A stretch of DNA of 64,000 nt from Eledone cirrhosa (GCA_964016885.1 OZ024741.1:109554001-109618000); one strand, 5' to 3'; positions 15,269-29,096 are shown, counted from the first letter of the stretch. Notes: generated by a model not told the origin, from the sequence alone. Translations and numbers: made by a program.

Positions 15269-15429
15269 CAAACACGACCTCACAAACACACTACTTCATA
15301 CACACATACTCGTTTCCTTGTTAATTATTCAAAGGAATATATTTTTACTTTCACTATCACTTTGTCACAAGTAATCAATGGCATATGTTGTGTATATAAA
15401 TATATATATATATGTGTGTGTGTGCGTGC

Positions 15430-15655
<226 letters not shown>

Positions 15656-15801
15656 ATACTTTGGGAGGGTCATGTTGCCAATAAGAAACACACGCACCAG
15701 TTGCTTTCACTTCAATTTATTACAATAAATTTATAAATTTAAGAATTTATAAATTTCCGGTTGGTTGGTTGGTTCCACAACCAGATAGTTGTTTATATAT
15801 T

Positions 15802-15844
15802 GTCATAGTTCTTTCGTCACACACTCTGTGACCTCTTCAGTGAC
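15802..15844 (-). ncRNA. Minimal hammerhead ribozyme, family A pLTR
   Basis: GTCA-CTGAAGA-G-GTCAC(agagtgt)GTGAC-GAAA-GAAC-TA-TGAC. Confidence 0.75.
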
Positions 15845-16045
15845 TGGGGATTCCTTTCTTTGTTTTTGTGCCTCTCCTTTGTTCTGTCCTACGCCATTTT
15901 GTTTCTGTGTGTGTGTTGTGTGCTCAGTCTGCGCATGCGCCACATCCGGGTGTCTGTGTGTGTTTATGTTCATTTATTTATTTGTTTATTTACATGTTAC
16001 TGGTTGGTTGTTTGTTCTATGTGTGTGTGTGTATTCATTTTGTCC

Positions 16046-19000
16046 TTAATTGTAAGTTGTGATGTTGCTGTTCCACTCATATTTTCTATTTAATTTTGGT
16101 TGTAATTCTTTTATGTTTATTACCTCTGTGATTTGTCTAAACATTGCGTCTTTTCTGTGTGTAGATTCTATTTTTATTTCTATTTTCTCTAATTTAACCT
16201 TGTGTTCTATTTTAGCATGTTGGTAGAGTACAGACGATTCTTTACTATCTTGAAGGTCTCGCCAGTGTTCATTTATCCGTTCCCCTACACTACGAGCTGT
16301 CTCACCTATGTACACTATATTTTTGTCTCTACATTGTCCTTCAGTACATATTATGTTATACACTACATTTCTAGTTTTACAGTTAATATGGGGGCTTATT
16401 TTACAGGTTATACATTTCTTATCTATACATGAGGGTCTTTGAAATGGGTATGTCTTGCTAATAAATGATTTTACGGAGGTACCTGGTCTTTCTACTATCT
16501 TAATATTGAGTTTATGTTTATCTAGGGCCCTTCTAAATTTGTAAGCTAATTCACCTCTAGGAGTTGTATCGATGAACATTACACTCTGGTATTTATTGCT
16601 ATCATACCATGAGTTTATTCTATTAGCCTTATTCCTAGTTCTTTCTATTCTATTCCAAAATTTGCTCCTATACAAGGGGCAGGTCCCATTTGTGTCATTA
16701 TTTACCATTTTTTCCCATTTGGTTCTGGCTCCTCTATACACTCTGATTTTATCTCTCTGATTGTAGCCAGAGAACTGCATACGGTGGATGAAGTGTTGTA
16801 TGTGTCTCTCTAGTTCTTCGGCGTTGCACATGCGGGACACGTTTCTCATCACCCGTACCAAATCCGCAATCAGTATGTTGATTTTGGTATGGTCCGAAGC
16901 GGCCGAGTTTCGGTGGATCAGATGTTTGGAAGTCATGGGTTTGGCATAATGGGAATGGAGGATTTGTTTTTTGTTATTAATGGTATCTAACCAGAGCTCT
17001 GTGTCTAGTACAGGTAATCAATGGTTGGGGTGTATACTTGGGTAGTCTATAGTAACTCTAATGCTCTGGTGGATGGAGTTAGCTATTTGCTGGATGCTTT
17101 CCATTGTGTTTTTCTCTAGTTCCTGACTGTTCTCTAGTGGGGGTGTCTTAACTACGATGTTTATATCATCAACGTAGCGGGAGTACATTATCAGGGTTAA
17201 GGGGTCTTCTAATTGTTCTTTAAGTTTAAGTTTAAGTCTACTGTCCCAACATACCATGAATAAGTTAGCTATGTCGCCTGCAATGCTAACACCAATGGCT
17301 GCTCCTTCCTCTTGGGCATATGTTTTTCCATTAAATTTGAACATATGTTCCTTAAGGGTTAGTTTTATGCCGGCCCCTACCGCACGTGCAATCATTTTCT
17401 TCAGTTCATCGTGGTTTTCGGGTGTCCGTATGGCTCTGGTCCACCCGTTCCATCTTTCTGTGTGGGTTTTCTTGGCCATCGAGGTAATGGTAGGTGGTCT
17501 GCCTCTCGCTGGTCTTGTAGGGCACAGGTTGCTAAGGTCATATGTGTCTATGTAATTATTACTATAGGTAAGTTTAATTAGGAGTCCCAGCTCACTGGTA
17601 TCAATCCCACGGAACTCAACATTGCTCTCACTAATCATTTCTACGCATTTCTCCACAGCAAAATCCACGTCAATAGATGGATACAGGGACACAACATCCA
17701 TACTACCTATTATGCAGTTTGTTAGGTCCATAGATCGGTTACTCTCGCCGATTCTGCTGAGGAGGTCCTCCGTGCTGTCACATACATCTGGGGACATTTC
17801 AATGATGGGGCGTATGTCAGGGAGAGGAAGTAGGACAGTCTGTAGTTACTAGCAATGTTAGCGTCACAGACTGGCCGTGTTGGTGGTCCCGCGACAGGGT
17901 CACTGCCCGTTTTATGGTCTTTTCGAAGCCCATACAACGCCGGCACGTCATTGTTCCAGGCCTGGAAGTTGTTGGCAGTCCTTTTGTTGGGCTGCATTAT
18001 ATTCGTCCACATCACCATATGGGCATCGAGGGCTTTTTCTCTATCCTCATGCTCCTGTGGTGTTACCTCTCTTGTGTTAGTGATGTGGGGTTGCATTGCC
18101 TGGATGTAGTTTGGCAGGCTGTCAACCGACATTCTGCCAGACTTGTCTGTTGGAAAGCATGCTATCTCTCCATTACGCGAGCGCTGCATGAGCTTACGCA
18201 AGCCATTTGCAGATTTTTCTCCCAGTTGCTGGGCCTCCATTCTATTATGCTTCTTGCTATACTGTTCTATAATATTTCTAAGTTCGGATCTAGCTTTACT
18301 AAATTGTGTTTCTATTTGTTCATCGACCTGCGACGGCAATTGCGTGCGTTTGTTAAATGGTAAAGTCGTGGCGTGGACTCGTCGCAGGTCGAACGATTTA
18401 TCGGAGGGATTATAAAAAGTATAGTTCCAGGCTGCTGCTTTATGTGTACTAGTGCTATTGTTATTGTTAGTTGTGTTGTTTCTATTTCTATTTCCACCAA
18501 CAGCCTCATGGTTGTTTCTATGTCTCTCATAATTACTCCTGTCTCTTTCCACTGGCTCATTGTTGTTATCTACCCTATTTTGTGTGTCTGTGTGTTCGTC
18601 TTGGTTATTTTCTTTGTCCTTAGTCTCCCTTCTCCTTTTAATACTATTACTTTCCCTTATTTCTGTGATTTCTGTGCTACTGTCATTACTTGTTTTCTGT
18701 GTCTGTGTGTTTGTTAAGATTGTGGTGGTGGTGAGAGGCATTGAATGTGTGTGTGTTGTTGTTGTTGATGTGTGCTGTTGTTGATGTGTGTTGTTGTTGT
18801 CTCTGTGTGTGTTATTATTGTTGTGTGTGTTGTTATTGTTGTTTGTGTCTGCGTGTCTGTTGTTGTTGTTTCTGGGTATGTTATTATTGCTGTTGTTGTT
18901 GTTGGTGTGTGTGTGTTGTTGTTATTGTTGTTTGTGTATGTGTGTCTGTTGTTGTTGGGATGTGTGTTGTATATGTGCGTGCGTATATTGTTACTTTTGT

Positions 19001-19115
19001 TTTTGTTTTTGTTTTTGAGGCTCCAGCGTAGTTTTGTAAATGATTTTTCTATTTCTGACAGACAACTAATCATATTTACCTTCTTGAATGTCGCAAATTT
19101 CGGTGGTAGACGTAA
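16046..19115 (-). pseudogene. Penelope RT-GIY-YIG polyprotein with one in-frame TGA (17018-17020) and frameshifts near 17815 and 18730
   Basis: LPPKFA, TDKSG, LYGLRKDHK, RPV, SMDVVSLYPSI, Q.EGAAIG, YSRYVDD, DYPS..LPVLD, HYAKP, SGY. Endonuclease VVYNIIC..YIGET.R...R..EH..E..LN. Confidence 0.9.
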
Positions 19116-19310
19116 AATGAATTTACACACACACATAGAACAAACAACCAACCAGTAACATGTAAATAAACAAATAAATAAATGAACATAAACACACACA
19201 GACACCCGGATGTGGCGCATGCGCAGACTGAGCACACAACACACACACAGAAACAAAATGGCGTAGGACAGAACAAAGGAGAGGCACAAAAACAAAGAAA
19301 GGCATCCCCA

Positions 19311-19353
19311 GTCACTGAAGAGGTCACAGAGTGTGTGACGAAAGAACTATGAC
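19311..19353 (+). ncRNA. Minimal hammerhead ribozyme, inverted family A pLTR (further copies at 26812-26854 -, 28531-28573 +, 34967-35009 +)
   Basis: Same motif as 15802-15844; stem I GTCA/TGAC. Confidence 0.75.
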
Positions 19354-19554
19354 AATATATAAACAACTATCTGGTTGTGGAACCAACCAACCAGCCAGAA
19401 ATTTATAAATTTATTATAAATTTATTATAATAAATTGAAGTGAAAGCAACTGGTGCGTGTGTTTCTTATTGGCAACATGACCCTCCCAAAGTATAACAAT
19501 ATCGGTTTCAACACACGATTTCAGATAAAGAATCTTGCTAAACAAATTCAGAAA

Positions 19555-19618
<64 letters not shown>

Positions 19619-19900
19619 ACACAGCATTATGTATATATTTGCATAGATATACTTTTCTTTAGCAATACTGGGGGGGGGGGGGGTTCTGTAAAGTATTCGT
19701 CGTTTGTTTATTTTTTTAGGTTTTGTTTTGTTTCATTCTTATTTTCTTTGTTGAATATTTAATATTTCTTTTAAAATTTCTTTTGCTCTTCCTTCATTTT
19801 ACATGAATTTTTTACTTTTTTCATTTGCTTTTCCTATATCGTGGTTAAGAAAAGAAATGTATGTCGGGTACGAATGGCTGACAGAAGTAGTGTATATATT

Positions 19901-20007
<107 letters not shown>

Positions 20008-20403
20008 GGTGTTGGATGCTTAACGCGTCCGTGTGCGGTAGGCCGTTTGAGCACTCGATGGTCTCATAGAGCAGAGTATGATATCACAGAAAAAAAGAGA
20101 ATCAGTGTTGCGACGAATGGAATTTATTGGACATATTACAATCATTTCTCTGGCGACCATCTCGAGGCACGATCGATGTGATGATCGAACCTAACTCTGA
20201 AAATCGCATGATCCTCAGATACGTCTTGATTCTACGAAGCAGATTTTCCTGTATATATATACAGAGAAAGAGGGGGCAAGAGAGAGAGCGAGAGATACAT
20301 AGATATAGGAATATATATACGCCTATACATATGTGTACATACACGTATACATATATGTACATTTATATATATAAATGCACACATAATATATATCTATATG
20401 TAC

Positions 20404-20444
<41 letters not shown>

Positions 20445-20829
20445 TAAATATAATTTCAGCGAGATTGAAGTTCGGCAATGATCGAAAACAAAGCGAAACG
20501 CAATATCAGAGCTATGCTGGCAAGCGCTCCATGGACTAAAAAAAGACCAGAGCAATAAACATAGGTTATAAAGGCCAAACAAACTGAGATGGCGATCAAG
20601 AAGCCATCAGCCACCTAAGCCAAAAAAACAAAGCAAGCCAAACAGGTCAAACAGAAGAATATGTACTGGACCCCTGGAATTGATGGTATAATCCAGTAAA
20701 GGGTTGCTGCGACACCCAAATCAATTATACTGCCTACTTCAATAATAAGCTTTTGGTATAACGATCGAACAAGGCTGTCACTTCCTCAACAGGTATTTTG
20801 TTCTCAGCCAGCATGCGGGATTAATGCAG

Positions 20830-20866
<37 letters not shown>

Positions 20867-21434
20867 GTTGATCTTATTGACTGATGAATAGCTCCTGTTT
20901 ATTTTAACACGTCTGTTGAGCACTCTGATTCGATATGTGATATTTTGTATTCTTACATAATTTGCACATCACCGAAATCTTTCGCTAATATAGAGGTTAT
21001 CTCCCTTGCTGGGTTCCATGTGCGTTTCTGGCTAAGGGTCCCCTCTTTATTGTCGGACGGAATCCCGTTGAGAAAGCTCTTCCGCGTCCACCCCTTCTCT
21101 AGAAGTCTTATATATTTTTTATGTGGGCTGATAGTGATTGGATTAAGGAATTGCAGAAACCCAAGAAGCTAGATTTAACACCCTTCTAGCGGGTCCGGGT
21201 GAGTTTTTTACATTCATTTAATTTATTGATTTATTGATATTTTATTTCAGTGACCCGAATCTTCCTGGTCGTTCTTTTTCGGCTGTACGGGTGATTTTAG
21301 GCATAATCTCTATGTGTTGGTAATTTAACGATGGTTATAGCTCTGATTTATCCAAATTATTGAGCCCTCTGCCACACATATCGGATATTGTTTATCGTTA
21401 ATTCGTGAGCTGTTTTTCCGATTCTCGATTATTC

Positions 21435-21471
<37 letters not shown>

Positions 21472-21972
21472 GAGAAGAAAGAAGAATACTGCGTGGTTGC
21501 ACATGGGTTACATATGATAAAATTAGTCCTTCGTCAGTGATTTGCCAACCATCATTGATATTTCATCGCATTAAAAATCATATACCTGAGGTTGGTGCGA
21601 GCAATAACTAAAAAAAAGCTATTGGGACAAGTAAATCGCGTAAAGCGAGTGAGACAAGTAAACAACATAGAAGGAAGAAAGCAACGCAAAGATGGGAATA
21701 AACAAGCAATATACATATATATATATATATATATTCAAAATAGGGAGTGCACAGTACAAAGACAGTGGAAAAAAGCGAATAGGCGGACAGTCCCTTCTCA
21801 CTCAACCTCCAGAAATCACTACGATTTGAACTCGGAAAATAGAGAGCCAAAGCGAATACCGCAAAGCATTCTATGCGACATTCTAACGACTCTACCAATT
21901 CGTCGCCTATAGAGTACATCATATATACATATAAATAAAAGTTGCTCTCTGGTCCTAGGAAGGTTATTATCA

Positions 21973-22272
21973 CGACAACACTTGACCTTATAGTCAAATA
22001 ATTGTTTCTACTTTAGGCACAAGGCCAGCAAATACCCAGTGCATTACTGGTACTTTATTTTATCGACCCCGTAAGGATGAAAGGCAAAGTCAACTTCGGC
22101 GGGATTTGAACTCAGATCGAATCCCGCCGAGGTTGACTTTGCCTTTCATCCTTACGGGGTCGATAAAATAAAGTACCAGTAATGCACTGGGTAATTGCTG
22201 GCCTTGTGCCTAAAGTAGAAACAATTATTTGACTATAAGGTCAAGTGTTGTCGACCTTATAGTCAAATAATT
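21973..22272. mobile_element. Fold-back SINE insertion with a 20-bp direct duplication
   Basis: SINE (-) ~21997-22115, then an inverted copy of the SINE plus flank at 22118-22253. GACCTTATAGTCAAATAATT occurs at 21984-22003 and 22253-22272. Confidence 0.85.
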
Positions 22273-22284
22273 ACATGTTCCAAG

Positions 22285-22512
22285 ATTAGGAAAGGCTTCC
22301 ACATTCTTCAGATTCTCCTGATCTTGCTCCATCAGATTATCATTTATTCCGAAGTTTGCAACCTTTTAAAAGAGAACAAATCCTTAGAAACACTTCAAAT
22401 GGACTAACTCTGCATTTTCTCCTCAAAATCGGCTAATTTCTATAGCAATGACATAAGGAACCTTTTACAATTTTGGATGAACGTTATTGATTTAAAAGGG
22501 GAATATATCAAA
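22285..22512 (+). pseudogene. Mariner transposase C-terminal remnant
   Basis: PHSSDSPDLAPSDYHLFRSLQ resembles the mariner HPPYSPDLAPSDYHLF motif; VIDLKGEY at the end. Confidence 0.85.
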
Positions 22513-22784
22513 TTAGTGCGTAACGTAATTTTTATCTTTTCAAAACTTACAAAACCTATAAAAGAAATAACAACGCTTATGGAATGAGTTGATATATATG
22601 TATGCGAAAATTAAAGAGATAAACAACACTGGGAAACGATACAGTATCATGAAGATATATACATATCAGACGTCAGTCCTTCGTCAGAAGATAGAATGAG
22701 AGATAAAACAAGAAATACAAAGATAGACGAGAGTAAGAAGAGGCAGAAAAGGAAAGAGAATATTTTTTTTAGAAAAAGCACGCG

Positions 22785-22838
<54 letters not shown>

Positions 22839-22902
22839 TGTTGAGTGAGATGGAAGCCGGTCAGAGTATTGCTTAAAGCTTTCTCTGTTAATGTATTAAA
22901 TA

Positions 22903-23392
22903 TATATTATAAAACGAAAAGTCGGTGATGCATCTGGACTCAATTTATTGTGTGTTACAATTGTTTCGCCGGCAGACAGCTCGAGACACGATCATTGTAT
23001 GGATCTGTCTGATTCTGCAGGTTCGTCGGACACTTGTAATAATTTCGGAACAAATTTTTTCACTGGGGTTTTAGCCTCAAAAAACATCTTCCTCGCTTGT
23101 CCTGCTTGATGCATCTGGACTCAAAAATCTGTTTTTTTTAGGCTAAAACCCCAGTGAGAAAATTTGTTCCGAAATTATTGCAAATGTCCGACGAACCTGC
23201 AGTTCTAGAATCAGACAGATCCATACAATGATCGTGTCTCGAGCTATCTGCCGGAAAAACAATTGTAACACACAATAAATTGAGTCCAGATGCATCACTG
23301 ATTTTTCGTTTTATATTATATCACACTCTGCTCTGTAAGAAGATAGAGTGCTCAACTGGCATACCGCCTATGGAAGCATCATAGCTACCATT

Positions 23393-23393
<1 letters not shown>
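22903..23393. mobile_element. Fold-back Penelope-like 3' ends (family D) with an extended hammerhead variant
   Basis: Arms 22903-23085 / ~23128-23320. Motif GTGT-CCGACGA...GAAA-CAATTG-TA-ACAC. The right arm continues into a ~70-nt tail also seen inverted at ~20005-20085. Confidence 0.65.
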
Positions 23394-23478
<85 letters not shown>

Positions 23479-23958
23479 CGCGCGCTTTTTCTAAAAAAAA
23501 TATTCTTTTTCCTTTATATATATAAACTTACTTATGTGGTAATTTAATGTGATATTTTCAAAAATTAAAATTAAAATTTTAAAGCATCCTCTACTAATAC
23601 ACTAAACAGGAAGCAGAGGAAGTGACTTACTTTGCAAGTCAAAATAAATATAGTTAGCCGACATGAAGAGGGGAAACTGTAAATGGTATTGCACGTGAAT
23701 TACACTTGTTTGCTTCAACAAAATCTTCTATTACACTTTATGGGAATGAAACCGCGTCGTAAGTCGAAAAGAACCATTCAACCAAGATGTTTGTAATAAA
23801 TATGTCTCTGTATGTATGTATAGAGTCCCTGTAATTGTAAATGCCGTTGATTTAATACCTATAATTTTACAACCAAATACATACATAGATACATACATAC
23901 ATACATACATACATACATACATACATACATACATACATACATACATACATACATACAT

Positions 23959-25003
23959 AGAAGCTCTAGAATGAGAGTAATATAGATAAGGAAAGAAGTC
24001 TATCTTGGACCAACAAAGCGTATCCTTCAAAGTGGGAGACAAGATAGAGTACCAACCGTAGTCTATATTGGCTCCCACTTTGAAGGATACGCTTTTGCAA
24101 TGACAAGAACAGGAGATTAACACGAAATACCTGATTCACAAAAAAGATAAGGATGCAGGCAAAACACCTATATGTGATAACAAGTGCAGACTGCAGAACT
24201 AACATCAAGGATATCACCCATGTCATCAGTAGCTGTCCAAAGATGTCATCGCGATACTATCTACATATGAGGCATGATGTAGTGGCCAAAACACTGTACA
24301 ATGCAGTTCGTAAAAAAGATAGCCCCGATAATAATCACATTAAAAGCTACAACAATGCGGAAGACATCCATGTACATGATATGAAAGAGTACTGGTGGAA
24401 TGTTCCAGTAAAAACCCCCAATAAAATGCAGGCATAACAGACCACATATTATGTTATGGGACAGGGAGAAGAAAGCATGTACAGTAGTGGAAATTAGTTG
24501 CCTAGCAGACGCCAATATAATATCAAAGATTAACGAAAAGAAGAATATTTATGCAGAACTGATGAGAAATCTGCAGATACTCCACCCTGATTATACCCTC
24601 AGATTTATGCCTGTGATTATTGGGGCACTGGGATATGTTAGTAACTGCCTCAATAAAAATCTTGAGAAGCTAGGCTTCATGGGAACAGAAAGAACACAAC
24701 TAGTTAGGAAATTACAAGTACAATCCATTAATGGAACATTAAAAATATGTAAAACATTCTAAAAATGTTGCATCTAATAACTGCGTATACACATGTACAG
24801 ATACAAAGCATATACACATGCACACATACAACTCAAAACATCCACATCCACACATACATTAACATCCATATCTACACATGCATGCATACATAATCTACCT
24901 AGTTGATGTTGTGTAAATTCCAATGAGAGAGTTTTGTGTCTATGTTAGAAACCGACTCTCCCTCTATTGGGAAAAAATTTGTGAAATTATAAAACCAGAA
25001 GAA
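23959..25003 (+). mobile_element. R4/Dong-clade 3' copy, same family as 12090-14645, in (CATA)n
   Basis: CCHC..RHD, PHIMLWDREKK..VVEISC (RLE), near-identical 3' UTR and the same CCAGAAGAA|CATACAT junction. Confidence 0.9.
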
Positions 25004-25920
25004 CATACATACATATATACATACAGGCAGTCTGGACCTGTTGAAACGACAACAGCTCAGCCGTCTGGCCACGACTCTATTATATAGCCATATTCAGCTC
25101 TCCCAATTATCGAATACTCTGTTGAGGGATGATCTAGTTTAAAACTGGTTGTATCCTATTATATATATATATATATATCATAAATCATGTCTTTAGAGTC
25201 ATCAGATAATAAAATATATACTATTTCTTCTTCTAATTAGCATAATTAACCATATAAAAAATCAATTAGAACAAGCTATAAGAATAAATGCTCTTATGGA
25301 GAAATCTCCGACAAATAACCGAACGTAGCCTCTTCGCGGCGGCCCCAATCGAGTATTTTTCCAACATTTCGACAGCATGTAGAAACTGACTAAATATACC
25401 ATCAACCATACACAATTAGGTGTAAAATTAAACTTAGAAGAAATGCGCACATACCGTAATTATATCTCTACCATGGTTTCTTCCTTATTTTTAGACATCC
25501 AAATAATAGGAATGTCCTGAGTTAGGATTCATCAGGAGACAAACTCAAAATCAGACATCTAGTTTTTCAATCCGATCCCGCCAAAAATAGATTCAAAAAT
25601 GGCTAAGAATCGCTATGTGGCTGTGGTCAAGCCAGAAAGAAAGAATGTGATTGGTTGCTTACGGCGGGTAGGCTTTCTGCTAGAAAGCGCAGCCAAATAT
25701 CGCCAAATTTAATCTCAACCTATTGGGAGATTATTAAATATAAAGGTTAACATATACATAAAGTTATAGATATATACATGTTGCAACTGGTCACTTTTAA
25801 GCTCTATGAAGAATTAATAAATTAAAAAATCAGAGCAATATAACATAAATCATGTCTTTAGAATCATCAGATAATAAAATATATACTATTTCTTCTTCTA
25901 ATATATTTATATATATATAT

Positions 25921-25967
<47 letters not shown>

Positions 25968-25970
<3 letters not shown>

Positions 25971-26194
25971 CAAAGAAAGGGTGGTAAGGAACCAGGTGGA
26001 CCATAACGCACCCGAGTACTCGATACTTAGGGTAGTAGAATGGGTAATAGGAAAAGTGTCAGGACCTCGACGGCTGAGCTCTGGCCGTTTCAACAGCTAG
26101 ATCTGAACTGTTCGGATCTAGCTGTCGAAACAGCTGGAGTCCAGCCGTCGGGTTCCTGACTCTTTTTCTATTACCCACTCTACTACCTTAAGTA
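25968..26194. mobile_element. Mini fold-back of Penelope-like family B ends
   Basis: Inverted arms centred on ~26108. Left arm carries the family B tail (compare 54903-54980) and abuts (TA)n. Confidence 0.75.
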
Positions 26195-26660
26195 GACAGA
26201 AATACCAAAGTAAACGACACAGTACAATGAAGAAATATATCAGTTTTACGGTTGATACAGTAGGAAAGCAGTCTTAACGCTCAGAAGAATTATAACGAGA
26301 GAGGAGAGTGGGCAGTGGCAGAAACGAAAAAATCTCTTTGAGAAAAAATAGGTCTATTAAAGTCGCGATCTTTTGAAAAACTTTTCATTCTGGCGTTGTC
26401 GTATCTGAAAATCAATTGGTCTTGTCTTAAAAGACTCTGATCAACGCATCCTACTGAAATGGAAATATCGCTTTGTATATAGACCGTGTACGTGTGCCTG
26501 TGCGTGTGTGTGTGTTTGTTGTTTGTCCGTACGAAGGGGATATGTGTGTGTATACATATATTCGTTTAAGAGAGAGAGTGTGTGTGTATCTCTGTGTCGG
26601 TGTGCATGGGTGCACGTGTGTGTTTTATTGTAAATACTAACCTACACACATATATATATA

Positions 26661-28781
26661 TTGTTATACTTTGGGAGGGTCATATTGCCAATAAGAAACA
26701 CACGCACCAGTTGCTTTCACTTCAATTTATTATAATAAATTTATAAATTTAGGAATTTATAAATTTCCGGTTGGTTGGTTGGTTCCACAACCAGATGGTT
26801 GTTTATATATTGTCAAAGTTCTTTCGTCACACATTCTGTGACCTCTTCAGTGACTGGGGATTCTTTTCTTTGTTTTTTGTGCCTCTCCTTTGTTCTGTCC
26901 TACGGCATCTTGGTTTTGTGTGGGTGTTGTGTGCTTAGTTTGCGCATGGGTTACATCCGGGTGTCTGTGTGTGTTTATATTCGTTTATTTATTTATTTAT
27001 TTACATGTTACTGGTTGGTTGATTGTTCTATGTGCGTGTGTGTTTTCATTTTGTCCTTAATTGTAAGTTGTGATGTTGCTGTTCCACTCATGTTTTCTAT
27101 TTAATTTTGGTTGTAATTCATTTATGTTTATTGCCTCTGTGATTTGTCTAAACATTGCGTCTTTTCTGTGTGTAGATTCTATTTTTATTTCTATGTTCTC
27201 TAATTTACCCTTATGTTCTATTTTAGCATGTTGGTAGAGTACAGATGATTCTTTACTATCTTGAAGGTCTCACCAGTGTTCATTTATCCGTTCCCCTATA
27301 CTACGAGCTGCCTCACCTATGTACACTATATTTTTATCTCTACATTGTCCTTCAGTACATCTTATGCTATATAATACATTTCTAGTTTTACAGTTAATAT
27401 GGGGGCTTAATTTACAGATTATACATTTCTTATCTATACAGGAAGGTCTTTGAAAAGGGTGTGTAAGTTAATTCAACTCTAGGGGTTGTATCGATGAACA
27501 TTACACTCTGGTATTTATTGCTATCATATCATGAGTTTATTCTATTAGCCTTATTCTTAGTTCTTTCTATTCTATTCCAAAATTTTCTCCTATACAAGGG
27601 GCAGGTCCCATTTGTGTCATTATTTACCATGTTTTCCCATTTGGTTCTGGCTCCTCTATACACTCTGATTTTATCTCTCTGATTGTAACCAGAGAACTGC
27701 ATCCACCGTATCCTTGTATAGGAGCAAATTTTGGAATAGAATAGAAAGAACTAGGAATAAGGCTAATAGAATAAACTCATGGTATGATAGCAATAAATAC
27801 CAGAGTGTAATGTTCATCGATACAACCCCTAGAGGTGAATTAGCTTACAAATTTAGAAGGGCCCTAGATAAACATAAACTCAATATTAAGATAGTAGAAA
27901 GACCAGGTACCTCCATAAAAACACTTATTAGCAAGACATACCCTTTTCAAATACCTCCCTGTATAGATAAGAAATGTATAATCTGTAAATTAAGCCCCCA
28001 TATTAACTTTAAAACTAGAAATGTAGTATATAGCATAAGATGTACTGAAGGACAATGTAGAGATAAAAATATAGTGTACATAGGTGAGACAGCTCGTAGT
28101 ATAGGGGAACGGATAAATGAACACTGGTGAGACCTTCAAGATAGTAAAGAATCATCTGTACTCTACCAACATGCTAAAATAGAACATAAGGGTAAATTAG
28201 AGAACATAGAAATAAAAATAGAATCTACACACAGAAAAGACGCAATGTTTAGACAAATCACAGAGGCAATAAACATAAATGAATTACAACCAAAATTAAA
28301 TAGAAAACATGAGTGGAACAGCAATTAAGGACAAAATGAAAACACACACGCACATAGAACAATCAACCAACCAGTAACATGTAAATAAACAAATAAATAA
28401 ACGAATATAAACACACACAGACACCCGGATGTAACACATGCGCAAACTAAGCACACAACACACACACCAAACCAAGATGGCGTAGGACAGAACAAAGGAG
28501 AGGCACAAAAAACAAAGAAAAGAATCCCCAGTCACTGAAGAGTTCACAGAATGTGTGACGAAAGAACTTTGACAATATATAAACAACCATCTGGTTGTGG
28601 AACCAACCAACCAACCGGAAATTTATAAATTCCTAAATTTATAAATTTATTATAATAAATTGAAGTGAAAATATCTGGTGCGTGTGTTTCTTATTGGCAA
28701 CATGACCCTCCCAAAGTATAACAATATCGGTTTCAACACACGTTTTCAGATAAAGAATCTTGCTAAACAAATTCAGAAACG
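26661..28781. mobile_element. Family A Penelope-like element as a ~1-kb-arm inverted dimer of GIY-YIG plus pLTR
   Basis: 26661-27702 (-) and 27712-28781 (+) both match 15651-16800. GIY-YIG ORF at 27714-28130. Only the right arm has the tail. Confidence 0.92.
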
Positions 28782-28905
28782 ATATATATATATATATTGT
28801 AGATGAATTTCGTAATAAATATCCAAATATGTAGAGCACTCAATCCGAAGGACGAGTTAGGGTTAGATGAAATATTTTATTATTTTATTGCATCAACGGT
28901 GAATA

Positions 28906-29096
28906 GATCGGTGGATTGGCAGTATCGGTAGAGGGTCGGACGCCATGCTTTCCAGCATAGTTACGTCCCTTTACGATCTGAGTTCAAATCCCGCCGAGGT
29001 TGACTTTGCTTTTCATCCTTACGGGGTCGATAAAATAAAGTACCAGTAATGCACAGGGTAATTTCTGGCCTTGTGCCTAAAGTAGAAACAATTATT
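28906..29096 (+). mobile_element. tRNA-derived SINE
   Basis: A box TGGCAGTATCGG, B box GAGTTCAAATCC, family body. Confidence 0.85.

Noticed and set aside
17018-17020. In-frame TGA in the Penelope RT as a possible selenocysteine (reported for some Naiad elements)
   Set aside because: The context NH*LPVLD fits CGA-to-TGA decay, the copy also has frameshifts, and no SECIS was identified.
28906-28995. tRNA-like A/B boxes
   Set aside because: These are SINE heads attached to a repeated body, with no complete cloverleaf.
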